A DNA stretch of 64,000 nt from Eledone cirrhosa. Lineage: Eukaryota. The stretch covers positions 9,672,001 through 9,736,000 of the forward strand of contig OZ024742.1 of NCBI GenBank assembly GCA_964016885.1. The letters are read 5' to 3'. The notes below the pieces were generated by a model, which saw only the letters and a program-made list of their open reading frames with translations, was not told where the DNA came from and made no database searches. Both the position numbers and the translations under genes were made by a program. Positions within the stretch are counted from its first letter, which is position 1; each line of letters starts with the position of its first letter. Of the stretch, positions 1 to 20,540 are shown piece after piece.

Positions 1-2
1 TC

Positions 3-1556
3 CTACTTAGACTTACCTACGACACTGACTACCTAGACAGCCATGACCTTAGATGTTTCTGCCCTAGTAGACCTATAAGAGGTAGACCCCCCACCATAAC
101 CTCAATGGCTAAAAAGACTCCCATAGGAAGGTGGATTGGGTGGACCAAAGCCATACGGACCCCCCAAAACACTGATCAGGTAAGAAAAATGGTCGCACAT
201 GCAATAGGGGCTAGTATCAAAACTACCCTAAAGGGCCACATATTTAAGTTCAATGAGAAAATCTACACCCAAAATGAGGGAGCAGCCATCGGCGTCAGCA
301 TAGCTGGTGATGTTGCCAACCTTTTCATGGTATGGTGGGAAAGGAGACTTAAATATCTCCTTAATGAAAGCTCCATAGACCTCATCACGTACTCTCGTTA
401 TGTAGATGATATCAATATAGTTATAAGAACACCCCCACTAGAGAGCACTAACAAGTTCGATTTAGAACGTAGCACGATGGAAAGCATCCAGCAGATAGCT
501 AATTCCATACACCAGAGTATAACTGTAACTATAGACTTCCCTTCCAAACACCCTAACAATAGACTACCTGTATTAGACACAGAACTCTGGATTAACACTA
601 TAGACGAGAGAGCCCAAATTCTCCACTCACACTATGCTAAACCCATGGCCTCCAAATACCTGATACTCAAAAACTCAGCAATGTCCAGTAGTGCTAAGTT
701 TAATATTCTGATCGCAGATTTGCTACGAGTGATGAAGAATGTGTCCAGCATGTGCGACCCAACAGAAAGGGAAGGACACATCCAACACTTCATCAACCGC
801 ATGCAGTTCTCTGGCTACAACCAAAGAGACAGAGTCAGAGTATACGAAGGAGCCATGGAAAAGTATAAGACCCTCATAGAACTGGACATGAAAGGAATCT
901 GCCCACTATACAGGAGCAAATCATGGAATAGCTTAGATAGGGCTAGACATAAGATAGGGAAGGCCACATCATGGTACGACAACCAGAGATATCAGAGTGT
1001 CATGTTTGTGGACGCCACCCCTGGAGGGAAATTAGCTAACCAGTGTAGAAATGCCCTGAGAAAGACCCACTTAAAAATAAAGGTGGTAGAAAAGCCAGGA
1101 ACCACCATAAAATCCCTGATCAGCAAAACCTACCCTTTTAAGAAAACCCACTGTACCAATAGGAAGTGTATCATATGTAAGGTGAACCCCCGGATAAACT
1201 GTAAAACTAGAAACGTAGTCTATAGCATAAGATGTACAGAGGGTACTTGCAGAAACATGACAACAACATACATAGGTGAGACAGCTCGTAGCATAGGTGA
1301 AAGGATAGACCAACACTGGGGGGAACTAAAAGGACGAAAAAACGGGTCAGTACTATACGAACATGCTAGACAACAACATGACGGTAACATAGACAACATA
1401 GAAATTAGAATAATATCTAAACATAGGAATGACCCAGCAGATAGGCAAATCAGAGAGGCCAGTGAAATAGAAATTAGAAGACCAAAGCTAAACAGAAAGA
1501 ATGAGTGGAACAACAACAACACCCAAACAAACAACACTGACCTAAGAGAAGTATAA
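3..1556 (+). CDS. PLE family A polyprotein: C-terminal part of reverse transcriptase plus C-terminal GIY-YIG endonuclease; ORF runs off the left window edge
   Basis: Frame is open from nt 3 (LLRLTYD...) in frame with the 105..1556 ORF. RT motifs QNEGAAIG...ANLFM and RYVDDI, thumb LPVLD..HYAKP, Cys linker CTNRKCIICK, GIY-YIG NVVYSIRC..C..YIGETARSIGERIDQH..EASEI..KLN. Confidence 0.92.
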   Translation, partial: LLRLTYDTDYLDSHDLRCFCPSRPIRGRPPTITSMAKKTPIGRWIGWTKAIRTPQNTDQVRKMVAHAIGASIKTTLKGHIFKFNEKIYTQNEGAAIGVSIAGDVANLFMVWWERRLKYLLNESSIDLITYSRYVDDINIVIRTPPLESTNKFDLERSTMESIQQIANSIHQSITVTIDFPSKHPNNRLPVLDTELWINTIDERAQILHSHYAKPMASKYLILKNSAMSSSAKFNILIADLLRVMKNVSSMCDPTEREGHIQHFINRMQFSGYNQRDRVRVYEGAMEKYKTLIELDMKGICPLYRSKSWNSLDRARHKIGKATSWYDNQRYQSVMFVDATPGGKLANQCRNALRKTHLKIKVVEKPGTTIKSLISKTYPFKKTHCTNRKCIICKVNPRINCKTRNVVYSIRCTEGTCRNMTTTYIGETARSIGERIDQHWGELKGRKNGSVLYEHARQQHDGNIDNIEIRIISKHRNDPADRQIREASEIEIRRPKLNRKNEWNNNNTQTNNTDLREV

Positions 1557-1833
1557 ATAAGTAAATAAAATTAAATAAAATAAGATAAATAAATACATAC
1601 ACAGGCACAATAACAACAAGCACAACAAGCACATAAACACACACTAGTCACCCAGCAGACACAACACTACACACTAGTCACACATCACACATAACACTAT
1701 ACACACACGCAATCGCATGCGCAAAGAAGACAAAATAAAATAAGATAAACAAACAAGCAAATAAATAAATAAATATATAGACAGACTGAATAAAAAATGG
1801 CGTAGGCATACAACACAACAGGAGGAACAATGA

Positions 1834-1890
1834 ACATAACACCACTGACGATGTTGCAGATGTGCAACGAAAGATTTATGTAAATTATGT
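1834..1890 (+). ncRNA. Minimal type-I hammerhead ribozyme in the family A pLTR
   Basis: CTGACGA(1845)-t-GTTGCA gatg TGCAAC-GAAA-gatt-TA; stem I ca/tg plus acataa/ttatgt. Confidence 0.75.
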
Positions 1891-2102
1891 AAACTATATA
1901 TATATATGTGTGTTTGTGTCTATATTGTATCTGTATTATTTTTGACCGCCGGTCAGTCAATGGCAACATTGAGGACCGAGTAAGTTAGATCGCAGATATA
2001 ATAAAAGACAGCGAGAAGCGAAAACCAACCAAACAGTGAGTGTGTTCTGTTATTATTAATTCTGGCAATATTACGCAAATATGACCCTCCCCAAGTATAA
2101 CA

Positions 2103-2503
<401 letters not shown>

Positions 2504-2520
2504 ACTTGATGTTACTTTCT

Positions 2521-6547
<4,027 letters not shown>

Positions 6548-6549
6548 GC

Positions 6550-6855
<306 letters not shown>

Positions 6856-6859
6856 TTGA

Positions 6860-7005
6860 TTGAGATGCTTACCAGTCAGAGTTTAGCTTTAAACTATCTC
6901 TGTTATTGTATTAAATATTTACTCTTGAATGGCCAGAGGTGTTTATTTCCAGGTACCTTATGAATTTGACTTTCCGTATTTATTACTGTTGTGAAATATT
7001 GTGGC

Positions 7006-7036
<31 letters not shown>

Positions 7037-7947
7037 GTTTGTAACTTCTCTGTTTTTTAGCCTAGGAAAATATATATATATGCCTACGTATATAATTACA
7101 TGCATATATGTATTTATTTTCTTTTATTAATTGAGTTCTTTACACGAGGAATTAATATTGGTTTTGAAATAACTAATTAACCCGCGTGTGTTTTATATTT
7201 TACTCTTAATAATTCGGCCGGAGAATTATATTCCCATTTGCCCTTTATAGCATAACTTTCTGCATTTACTGCGGCTATGAGAAGCGGTTCTTATTCGGGT
7301 ACAACTTCTGATTTAGCCTAAGAAAATATCTATATGCGTGTGTAATTTATACAAGCATATATTTATTTTTTTATTTTCAATTAAGTTCTTAAACACGTTG
7401 GATTGATAATGTTTTCAAAAAAACTAATTAACCCGCGTGTATATTATTATTTTTTTTCCTCATTTCGTGAGTTGTCTCCCCTTCCCGCTTCGTGTCGCAA
7501 TGATACTTCCTCAGTCAAACACTGCTGGAATTTCAAATTTAGCGGTCATTCGAGGTGAGAGAGACCAACTTTACGGACATGATTTTTGACAGCGGTAAGA
7601 AATTGTTTTCTTATATCAATGTTTAATGGGCTTCCACTGATGATTTATAAGTGCCCACCTAAATATATTCTTACATGAATATATATTAGGCTTCTACATA
7701 AACTGGAAACATTCATCCAAACTTGTAGAAAACTTATAATGAAACAATTGTTTGGAAAGAGAGATATACTTTAACTTTAATTATATCTCATAAAATAATA
7801 CAACTGGTTTTTCCACATTATACATATTGTTAGCACCCCAAACACTTAAATTGGGTTTATATTTTAATATAACCTAATGTTTGTTGAGTGAGATGGTTAC
7901 CAGTCAGAGTTTAGCTTTAAACTATCTCTGTTATTGTATTAAATTAA
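6860..7947 (+). mobile_element. Non-coding hammerhead-bearing element with ~55-bp terminal direct repeats (retrozyme or non-autonomous PLE-like)
   Basis: gagatg(c/g)ttaccagtcagagtttagctttaaactatctctgttattgtattaaat at ~6862 and ~7889; internal duplication ~7045-7200 vs ~7305-7445; TA runs on both sides. Confidence 0.6.
7631..7759 (+). ncRNA. Type-I hammerhead ribozyme with a large branched insert in stem II
   Basis: ttcca-CTGATGA-t-TTATAAG [~80 nt, two hairpins] CTTATAA-t-GAAAC-AATT-GTT-tggaa. Confidence 0.7.
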
Positions 7948-7979
7948 TTATATATATATATACATATATATATTATAAA

Positions 7980-8155
7980 AGTCGGCGCCCGATGGCTGAG
8001 CTCCTGCCGTTTCAATAGCTAGTTCAAAAGCTTTTGTAACGGCAAGAGGTTATCCGTCTTGTCATAACTCTTTATAATATAACCATACCCTACTGCCCCA
8101 AGTATTGAGTTCTCTGTTGAGTAAGGGTCCAACTTGTTTTAAACTGCTTCTATCC
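7980..8155. mobile_element. Diverged fold-back copy of family C
   Basis: cccgatggctgagctcctgccgtttc..aacggcaagag..ccccaagtattgagt..ggtccaacttg. Confidence 0.5.
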
Positions 8156-8271
8156 TGATTAATATATATATGAATATATGTGAGTGTGTGTCATACAGAG
8201 GGTTCTTTGCCACCAATATTAGAAACTACCCATCGGTGACATTCTATAAGTTTATAATTTATTATATATAT

Positions 8272-10462
<2,191 letters not shown>

Positions 10463-10472
10463 TATATATATA

Positions 10473-10655
<183 letters not shown>

Positions 10656-10684
10656 ATCATCCTTCCACACTCTCTTTCAATCAC

Positions 10685-10773
<89 letters not shown>

Positions 10774-10777
10774 TTTG

Positions 10778-10940
10778 CAAGGGTTTTTATATGAAATCGT
10801 GTGTCGAAACAAGTATTGTTAATCTTGGGGAGTGTCATATTGTTGTAATATTGCCAGAAATAATAACAGAACAGTGAGTGTGTTCTGTCATTATTTCTGG
10901 CAATATTACAACAGTATGACCCTCCCCAAGTATAACAATA
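10778..10940. mobile_element. Fold-back mini-element made from the PLE family A 3' terminus
   Basis: ttgttaatcttggggagtgtcat..aacagaaca gtgagtg tgttctgtc..atgaccctccccaagtataacaa; ~40-bp tail on the left arm only. Confidence 0.8.
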
Positions 10941-10987
10941 TATATATATATATATATATATAGCCCTCTCTCTCTGTATATATAATT

Positions 10988-11166
10988 GTTTCTACTTTTG
11001 GCACAAGGCCAGCAATTACCCAGTGTATTACTGGTACTTTATTTTATCGACCCCGTAAGGATGAAAGGCAAAGTTAACCTCGGCGGGATTTGAACTCAGA
11101 ATGGCAAGGGCCGTAACTCTATTTGTCAAAGCATGGCGTCCGACCCTCTACCGATACTGCCAATCT
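10988..11166 (-). mobile_element. tRNA-derived SINE of cephalopod type
   Basis: Minus strand A-box-like ggcagtatcggtaga, B-box gagttcaaatcc, core ctttgcctttcatccttacggggtcgataaaataaagtaccag; 3' fragment recurs at ~16410-16462. Confidence 0.8.
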
Positions 11167-11830
11167 CTGTATATATAATATATATATATATATATATACT
11201 CTGTTAGTACATTGCCATGATCGAAGGGCCAGTATATCATCAACCCACATCTTTCAGTAATATTATAAACACACTTGCAATATATTACTTCATTGTCTTT
11301 CACGTACGACAGCTTCGTTAGTTAAATGTGTTTCATTATAATCCTAACCACCAGATCTGTATTTAGTTAATACTTTTGAGACATAAAACAGGCATATGGC
11401 TATATATTGATTTAACGTAAAAAATGGCGCTTGCATGAGTTAGAAATGGTGACTGTTATATCAATGTTGAAGATATGGAATATGTTATTAAATATTCCTC
11501 TGATTGATCTCATATAGAACACATAAATGTTGTGACAGGATCCATCTATTGAGTTTATTGGTGTATTTCTTCGATATGGTTCCTTGAGATTTTCGAAGTT
11601 AGATTTTATTAAATACCTCCGTACAGATCAGACATTTGTGTATATACATATATTGATATCTGTGTATATGGCTGTATATACCTTGCATATTTTGATTGTG
11701 TGTAGATAAATATTAGCGGGATGGACAGACAAGGAGAGGCAATGACAGACACAAGGAGAGAAGGATAACAAAACTGGATTGTGTATGATATATATGTATG
11801 TTTCTATCTAGTATGTATATATGCATTGTT

Positions 11831-11895
<65 letters not shown>

Positions 11896-11991
11896 GTATA
11901 TATATGTATATATATATGTATATATATATATATGTATATATATATACGTATATATATATATACATATATATATATATAATAAATCTATATA

Positions 11992-12029
<38 letters not shown>

Positions 12030-12231
12030 TATACATATATATATATATATATATTTATTATATATATATATGTATATATATACGTATATATATATATATA
12101 TATATACGTATATATATATATATACATATTTATATATATATAATAAATATATATATATATATTTAGTATATATATATGTATAAATATATATACGTATATA
12201 TATATATATATATATATACGTATATATATAA

Positions 12232-12282
<51 letters not shown>

Positions 12283-12761
12283 GTGACCTCTACCGACCAA
12301 TCGAAATTGTTTTGACTACAAGAATTTTTGCAACACGAATTGGCGCGAAATTTATAGTACTCATTCACGTGACATTCAACAACCAACCAAATCTTAATAC
12401 CTCTGGAGCCACTTTTTTCACATAAAACAGGAAGAATTTCCAAAACTGATCAGATTAGAGCAAACATCACGGGCGCTCTATCCCAAAATTATTTTTGTAA
12501 AGCATTAGAAATGCGCAACCGGTAAAAAACTTAAATATATACACTATTTCCTCTCCCAATTAGCATAATTAACCATATAAAAAATCAATTAGACCAGGCT
12601 ATAAGAATAAAGGCTCCTAGGAAGAAATATTTGATAAATAACCGAAAGCAGCCTCTTCGTGGTTGACCCCAATAGAGTATTTACCCAACATTTCAACAGC
12701 ATGTAGAAACTGACCAAATATACCGTAAACCATACACAATTAGGTATAAATTTAATATAAA

Positions 12762-12792
<31 letters not shown>

Positions 12793-13528
12793 GTATGAAT
12801 GGATTTATGCATGTATATATATATATTATATATATTTATATGCACATATATATATATATATATATGAATGTATGTTTGTACGTACGCATCTATATACGTA
12901 CGTATGTATAATTGTATGTGTATGTGTGCATATATATATATATATGTAGGTGTGTGAGTGTGTGTGTGTGTATATATATATATATGTATGTGCGTATTTG
13001 TATGTGTGTGTGTATGAGAGTGTGTGTGTGTGTATATATATGCATGTGCGTATTTGTATGTGTCTATGTGTTTGCAAGCATGACATTCTGAAAACACACT
13101 CTCTTCAGCTAACACATTAACAGCAATTGTATATGTTGAAGCAATAAAATTAATGACAATATAGAAATCTAGAGGAAAAGAAGTTCCATACCAATAAATT
13201 CCCGCTCAGTTGAGATTACTAACTGTTAGAAAGTTCACTTACTAAACCAGTTACTAACAAGGAATAAAGGAAATGATAGCATTTCTATATCTCAATATAT
13301 CGGACACGGTTCCACCAATTTAATTAGAACGACGAATTTATATGCGACATAAACTTGCTCAACAACATATTTCAACGTATTGTGTGTGACGGGCATAATA
13401 GATCTTGAGAAATTAAAGTATACACCATCAATATACTAACACATATATAGAAATATAACATGTTGCTTTTATGGATATTATATATATATTTATACAAACA
13501 CACACGCACGCACACACACGCACACACA

Positions 13529-13577
<49 letters not shown>

Positions 13578-13597
13578 ACATATATATATATATATAT

Positions 13598-14774
13598 ATT
13601 GTTATACTTGGGGAGGGTCATATTGTAATAATATTGCCAGAATTAATAACAGAACACACTCATTGTTCGGTTGGTTTTCGCTTCTCTATATTTTATATCA
13701 GTTAATTTATACGGTCCTCAATGTTTACCATTGACTGACCAACGGTAAAAAATACAGAGATAATATAGACATAAACACATATATATAGTCTAACAAAGTT
13801 CTTTCGTTGCACATCTGCAACATCGTCAGTGGTGCTATTATCTTTCCTCCTGTTGTATTGTATGTCTACGCCATCTTTATTTAATCTGTTTATTTATTTA
13901 TTTATTTTTGCCTTCTTCTCTGCACATGCGTTTGCGTGTGTGTATAGTGTTTGATGTGTGTTCGCGTTTAGGTAACTGTGTTTTGGTTATTGTATTCTAT
14001 CTTAGTTTACTAGTGTGTGTTTATATGTGTTTGTTGTTATTGTGCTTGAGTATATATTTATTTATTTATTTATTTATACTTCTCTTAGGTCAGTATTGTT
14101 TGTTTCGGTGAGTTGTTATTCATTTCATTTTTTCTGTTTAGCTTTGGCCTTCTAAGTTCTATTTCGCTGGCCTCTCTGATTTGCCTATTTGCTGGGTCGT
14201 TTCTATGTTTAGGTATTATTCTAATTTCTATGTTCTGTATGTTACCGTCATATTGTTGTCTGGCATGTTCGTATAGTACTGAACCGTTTTTTTCGTCCTT
14301 TTAGTTCCCCCTAGTGTTGTTTTATCCTTTCACCTATGCTACGAACTGTCTGGCCTATGTATGTTGTTGTCATGTTTCTGCAACTACCCTCTGTACATCT
14401 GATGCTATAGACCACGTTTCTAGTTTTACAGTTTATCCGGGGGTTTACTTTACATATAATACATTTCCTATTAGTACAGTGGATTTTCTTAAAAGAGTAT
14501 GTTTTGCTGATCAGGGATTTTATTGTGGTTCCTGGCTCTTCTACCACCTTAATCTCTAAGTGGGTCTTTCTCAGGGACTTTCTACACTGGTTAGCTAATT
14601 TCCCTCCAGGGGTAGCGTCCACGAACATGACACTCTGGTATATCTGGTTGTCGTACCAATAGGTGGCTCTCCAACACTATGACCCTCCCCAAGTATAAAA
14701 ATATTTGTTTCGACACACGATTTCATATAAAAAAACCTCGCAAGACACACGATTTCATATAAAAAACCTCGCAA

Positions 14775-14780
<6 letters not shown>
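13598..14780 (-). mobile_element. PLE family A copy A2, 5'-truncated, with inverted terminus and doubled tail at 14675-14780
   Basis: ORF 14311..14628 matches the A1 linker/GIY-YIG region; pLTR 13598-14080; hammerhead 13785-13838. Confidence 0.88.
13785..13838 (-). ncRNA. Minimal hammerhead, family A
   Basis: atagcacca-CTGACGA-tgttgcagatgtgcaac-GAAA-gaac-TT-tgttagactat. Confidence 0.7.
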
Positions 14781-14837
<57 letters not shown>

Positions 14838-14843
<6 letters not shown>

Positions 14844-14940
14844 ATACTTGAGGAGGGTCGTATTGTTGTAATATTGCCAGAAATAATAACAGAACACACT
14901 GAGAGTATAACAATATTTGTTTCGATACACGATTTTATAT
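14838..14940. mobile_element. Small fold-back remnant of the family A terminus
   Basis: ttgttatacttgaggagggtcg..aacagaacacac, then agtataacaatatttgtttcgatacacga in the opposite orientation. Confidence 0.65.
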
Positions 14941-15158
14941 ATATATATAAAATAAAATAAAATAAATAATTCAAATGTTTAAAATTTAGCTTCGTTTATT
15001 TCTGACAGCCATCTTTGGCTGTGACCTCTTCAGGCAGTCCGAATTAGTGTGGTATAGACAAGCACATGTGATGTTGAGGTGTATAACTTTGTCAATACTC
15101 TGATATGCCCAGTTCCTGGGTGGGTTGTTATTTCACTGAGGAACTGGAATCATATGAT

Positions 15159-15189
<31 letters not shown>

Positions 15190-15372
15190 AAATAAAAAAA
15201 TAAATAAGAAAACCCACTTCCGGTCAGCGTGGTATAACAAGCCAAATCGGACACTGGAATAGTTCCGTTATTTTCCTCGGATGAAGACATATTAATCTCG
15301 AAATATCAAATACTGTCATAAATTCGACAGGACGCCTGTAGCTTATACACACGTTCTGTTGTCTAAACATAA

Positions 15373-15450
<78 letters not shown>

Positions 15451-15491
15451 CGAAACATAAGTCAATTGCATGAACTCATAATCCTTTATTT

Positions 15492-15547
15492 ACTGCTATA
15501 TATATTTCGATGATAGCCATTGAATGGCTATGACCTCATCATGCAGT
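15492..15547 (-). ncRNA. Hammerhead family D, core mutated to AUGAUGA
   Basis: actgc-ATGATGA-ggtcatagccattcaatggctatcatc-GAAA-tatata-TA-gcagt; damaged paralogue with CTGAAGA at ~14985-15037. Confidence 0.6.
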
Positions 15548-16633
15548 TAGTCAGTTCTTAGATATGCCAGCTCTGTGTTTATAGTGTTGATGGTATCAGA
15601 GCCTTGGGACATATGAGCTTGTTAGGAATAATTTAATGTTGTCAGCAGAAATAGTCTTAATTCTCCTTGGTCAGTTTGTAGATGCTAGTAGGGTTGGTAT
15701 TTGACCTCAAAGAGGCAGGTGGTGTCGTAAAGTTCAAACCGTCAAGCAAAATGACAATAGTTCCATATGACTGATTTTCACAAAAAGCATTCCTGGTCAG
15801 ATATATATTCAATTAAGGTTAATAGTATGAAATAGATACTACAGGTCATTCTTAAATTGAGGAATTTATGTGTAGTGGTGCTACTGAATATTATGGTTAG
15901 AGCAGAAAATTTACAAATAAAAAGACTTATGTAGGTTGGTTTGCACATACACTCACACCCACTTCCACAGATACACACACACATCCACACATACAAATTG
16001 AGGAATTAATGTGGGGTGGTAATACTTAAAATAATGGTTAGAGGCAAATACTTAGATAGTTTAGAAAATTTAGAAATAAAAAGACTTATGTTGGTTGACT
16101 TGTACATACACTCACACCTACCCCCTCAGACACTCACACATCTACACACACAAATCCATACAGGTGTGTATATATATATATGTACGCACAGGTGCATATA
16201 TATATACAACAGAGGCCCCCAAATCCAAGTATAAGGCAGACATAAAACTAGGTGGGTGTTATTTTTAAAGAAAAGTAAAGTGGGTGTTTGGAAAAGTTAT
16301 TGTTTAGACTAGACAAAGGTAGAATGTGATATATATCTTCACAGCAATAGCTATATATATGAATACATATATAACGATATTCTTCTTATTGTCATATGAT
16401 ATCATTATTTCATTCAGTAATGCACTGGGTAATTGGTGGCCTTGTGCCTAAAGTAGAAACAATTATTTTATTTTGCTTGGAGATATCAACTGTCTCTTAC
16501 GCCAAGACAGGGAATGTTGAGGAATTTACATATATAAATGAATTATATGTTGTAGATATAGATACATATATATGTACATGCATTATATATATATATATAT
16601 ATATGTGTGAGTGTGTGTGTATATATATATATA

Positions 16634-16821
16634 TACGCGGTTCGACTGAAAAGTTCAAAGGCCTATTATGAAGGAGTAATGCTAAAGCTGTGTCATTTTG
16701 GATGAATTCATTTTAAATATTCTTCTTAATTCCAGCGACTATGTTGAAAAATATACCTCATTTGGTAATTCCATGAGAGTATCTTGGTAAGCCTATGATC
16801 AGCCTATCTTTACACACACAC

Positions 16822-16824
<3 letters not shown>
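16634..16824. mobile_element. Degenerate mariner-derived MITE
   Basis: TA-cg..ctgaaaagttcaaaggc at the left, agcctatga..cgTA at the right; imperfect TIR. Confidence 0.35.
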
Positions 16825-16917
<93 letters not shown>

Positions 16918-17110
16918 ATACACCTATATGTGTGTGTGTAATATATTTTCGTGTATAATTATATAGAAAAATATACATCATCCAACGCAAATTTAAGCAA
17001 AATCTGATCTACATGTACATACACACACGTGCGTGTGTGTATGTATAGTTACACATATCTTATCTATCTATCTATCTATCTATCTATCTCTCTCTCTATA
17101 TATAAATACA

Positions 17111-17257
<147 letters not shown>

Positions 17258-17539
17258 TTCATGGTACGACTTTATATGTGTCAGTACGTCTTTCTTTGTA
17301 AACGCTTATCTAATTATTTATCTGTAAATCTATATATTACTGTAACTTATGGCGATATGATAAGTTTTCTATCTCATTTGGGTTTTTATTTGAAATCTAA
17401 GATATATACACAACAATATTCATTAGAGAGAGAGTCAACAATAATGATAGATATTTGTAGACGTTATCAGGGGAAATATGTTTGTCGATGCACTTTCTCT
17501 TGTAATGCTTTCTGACTGAGGCACAGGGCCAATAATTTC

Positions 17540-17646
<107 letters not shown>

Positions 17647-17664
17647 TATATATATATAACGGCG

Positions 17665-20262
17665 ATGAATTTGTTTTACAAGGTTTTTGATATGAAATCG
17701 TGTGTCGAAACAAATATTGTTATACTTGGGGAAGGTCATATTTGTGTAATAATATTGCCAGAATTAATAACAGAACATACTCACTGTTTGGTTGGTTTTC
17801 GCTTCTGTGTCTTTTATATCGGTTAATTTAATTTATTCAGTCCTCAATGTTACCATTGACTGACCAACGGTCAAAAATTCAGATACAATATAGACACAAA
17901 CATATATATATAGTCTAACATAGTTCTTTCGTTGCACATCTGCAACATCATCAGTGGTGCTATTATATTTCCTCCCGTTGTATTGTATGCCTACGCCATC
18001 TTTATTTAATCTGTTTATTTATTTATTTATTTGTTTTTTGTTGTCTTCTCTGCGCATGCGTTTGCGTGTGTGTATAGTGTTTTGTTTGATGTGTGTTCGA
18101 GTTTGGGTGACTGTGTTTTGGTTATTGTATTCTATCTTAGTTTACTAGTGTGTGTTTATATGTGTTTGTTGTTATTGTGCTTGTGTATGTATTTTTTTAA
18201 TACTTCTCTTAGGTCAGTGTTGTTTGTTTGGGTGTTGTTGTTATTCCATTCATTTTTTTCTGTTTAGCCTTGGCCTTCTAAGTTCTATTTCGCTGGCCTC
18301 TCTGATTTGCCTATCTGCTGGGTCATTTCTACGTTTAGATATTATAATTTCTATGTTGTCTATATTACTGTCGTGTTGTTGTCTGGCATGTTCGTATAGT
18401 ACTGAACCGTTTTTTCGTCCTTTTAGTTCCCCCCCCCCCAGTGTTGGTCTATCCTTTCACCTATGCTACGAGCTGTCTCGCCTATGTATGTTGTTGTCAT
18501 GTTTCTTCAAGTTCCCTCTGTACCTCTTATGCTATAGACTACGTTTCTAGTTTTACAGTTTATCCGGGGGTTTACTTTACATATAATACATTTCCTATTA
18601 GTACAGTGGGTTTTCTTAAAAGGGTATGTTTTGCTGATCAGGGATTTTATGGTGGTTCCTGGCTTTTCTACCACCTTAATCTTTAAGTGGATGATTCCAT
18701 GAGATACTTTAAGTGGGTCATTCCATGAGATACTTCTCTTATGTCAGTGTTGTTTGTTTGGGTGTTGTTGTTATTCCATTCATTTTTTTCTGTTTAGCCT
18801 TGGCCTTCTAAGTTCTATTTCGCTGGCCTCTCTGATTTGCCTATCTGCTGGGTCATTTCTATGTTTAGATATTATTCTAATTTTCAGGGCCTTTCTACAC
18901 TGGTTAGCTAATTTCCCTCCAGGGCTAGCGTCCACAAACATGACACTCTTGTATCTCTGGTTGTCGTACCATGAGGTGGCTTTCCCTATCTTATGTCTAG
19001 TCCTATCTAAGCTATTTCATGATTTGCTCCTGTATAATGGGCAAATTTCCTTCATATCCAGTTCTATGAGGGTCTTATACTTCTCCGTGGCTCCTTCGTA
19101 TACTCTGATGCTGTCTCTTTGGTTGTAGTCAGAGAACTGCATGCGGTTGATGAAGTGTTGGATGTGTCTTTCCATTTCTGTTGGGTCGCACATGCGGGAC
19201 ACGTTTCTTCATGACTTGTACCAAGTCTGCGATCAGAATATTAAACTTAGCACTATTGGACATTGCTGAGTTTTTGAGTATAAGGTATTTGGAAGCATGG
19301 GTTTAGCATAGTGTGAGTGGAGAATTTGGGCTCTCTCGTCTATAGTGTTAATCCAGAGTTCCGTGTCTAAAACAGGTAGTCTATTGTTAGGGTGTTTGGA
19401 AGGGTAGTCGATAGTTACAGTTATTCTCTGGTGTATGGAATTAGCTATCTGCTGGATGCTTTCCATTGTGCTACGTTCTAAATCAAACTTGTTAGTACTC
19501 TCTTGTGGGGATGTCTTTATTACTATATTGATATCGTCTACATAACGAAGGTACATGATGAGGTCTATGGAGCTCTCCTCAAGGAGATCTTTGAGTCTCC
19601 TTTCCCACCATACCATAAAAAGGTTGGCAACGTCACCAGCTATGCTGACGACAATGGCTGCTCCCTCATTTTGGGTGTAGATCTTCTCGTTGAATTTGAA
19701 TATGTGGCCCTTTAGGGTAGTTTTGATACTAGCCCCTATTGCATGTGCGACCATTTTTCTTACTGATCATTGTTTTGGGGGGTCCGTATAGCTTTGGTCC
19801 ACCCAATCCACTTTCCCATGGGAGTCTTTTTTGCCATTGACGTTATGGTGGTGGTGGTGGGGGGGGGGTCTAACTCTTATGGGTCTACTGGGGCAGAAAC
19901 GTCAAAGGTCATGGCTGTCTAGGCAGTCATTGTCGTAGGTAAGTCTAAGTAGGAGGGCCAGTTCGTCTGTGTCGACGTCGCAGAACTCCACCTCACTCTC
20001 AATGATCCTCTCAACACATTTTTCCACAGCAAAATCAATGTTAATGGATGGGTACAGTGATACCACATCCATACTGCCTATTATGCAGTTGGATAGGTTC
20101 CTGTTTTTGTTGCACTCACTGATTCTGCTGAGGAGGTCCTCTGTACTGTCACATACTTCTGGGGACAATTTGATTATGGGGCGTATAACCATTGAGAGGA
20201 AGTAGGATATCCTGTAGTTGCTAGCTGTATTTGCTCCGCATACGGGTCTTGTTGGTGGTCCT
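17665..20262 (-). mobile_element. PLE family A copy A3, degraded and 5'-truncated, with tail
   Basis: RPVCGAN..GSMDVVSLYPSI (19902-20262), RYVDDI (19233-19754), GIY-YIG remnant, pLTR 17665-18200. Confidence 0.9.
17910..17963 (-). ncRNA. Minimal hammerhead, family A
   Basis: cacca-CTGATGA-tgttgcagatgtgcaac-GAAA-gaac-TA-tgttagacta. Confidence 0.72.
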
Positions 20263-20377
20263 GTTTTATATATATATATAAAAGTTAAGAATAACATGGT
20301 TGACAAAACAAACAAGTGTATTTAATTATAGTCTTACAATTGTTTCCATGGTAGAATTGTCTATAAATTTCCTTCGT

Positions 20378-20410
<33 letters not shown>

Positions 20411-20476
20411 AACAAGTGTATTTAATTATAGTCTTACAATTGTTTCCATGGTAGAATTGTCTATAAATTTCCTTCG

Positions 20477-20540
<64 letters not shown>

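Noticed and set aside
15272-15312. cGGATGAagac..tctcGAAAtatc hammerhead-like motif (similar weak cases at ~12612 and ~33355)
   Set aside because: Core mismatched and stem I unconvincing.
15852-16160. Diverged ~140-bp tandem duplication (also an ~80-bp duplication at 20303-20480)
   Set aside because: Ordinary local duplications with no further structure.
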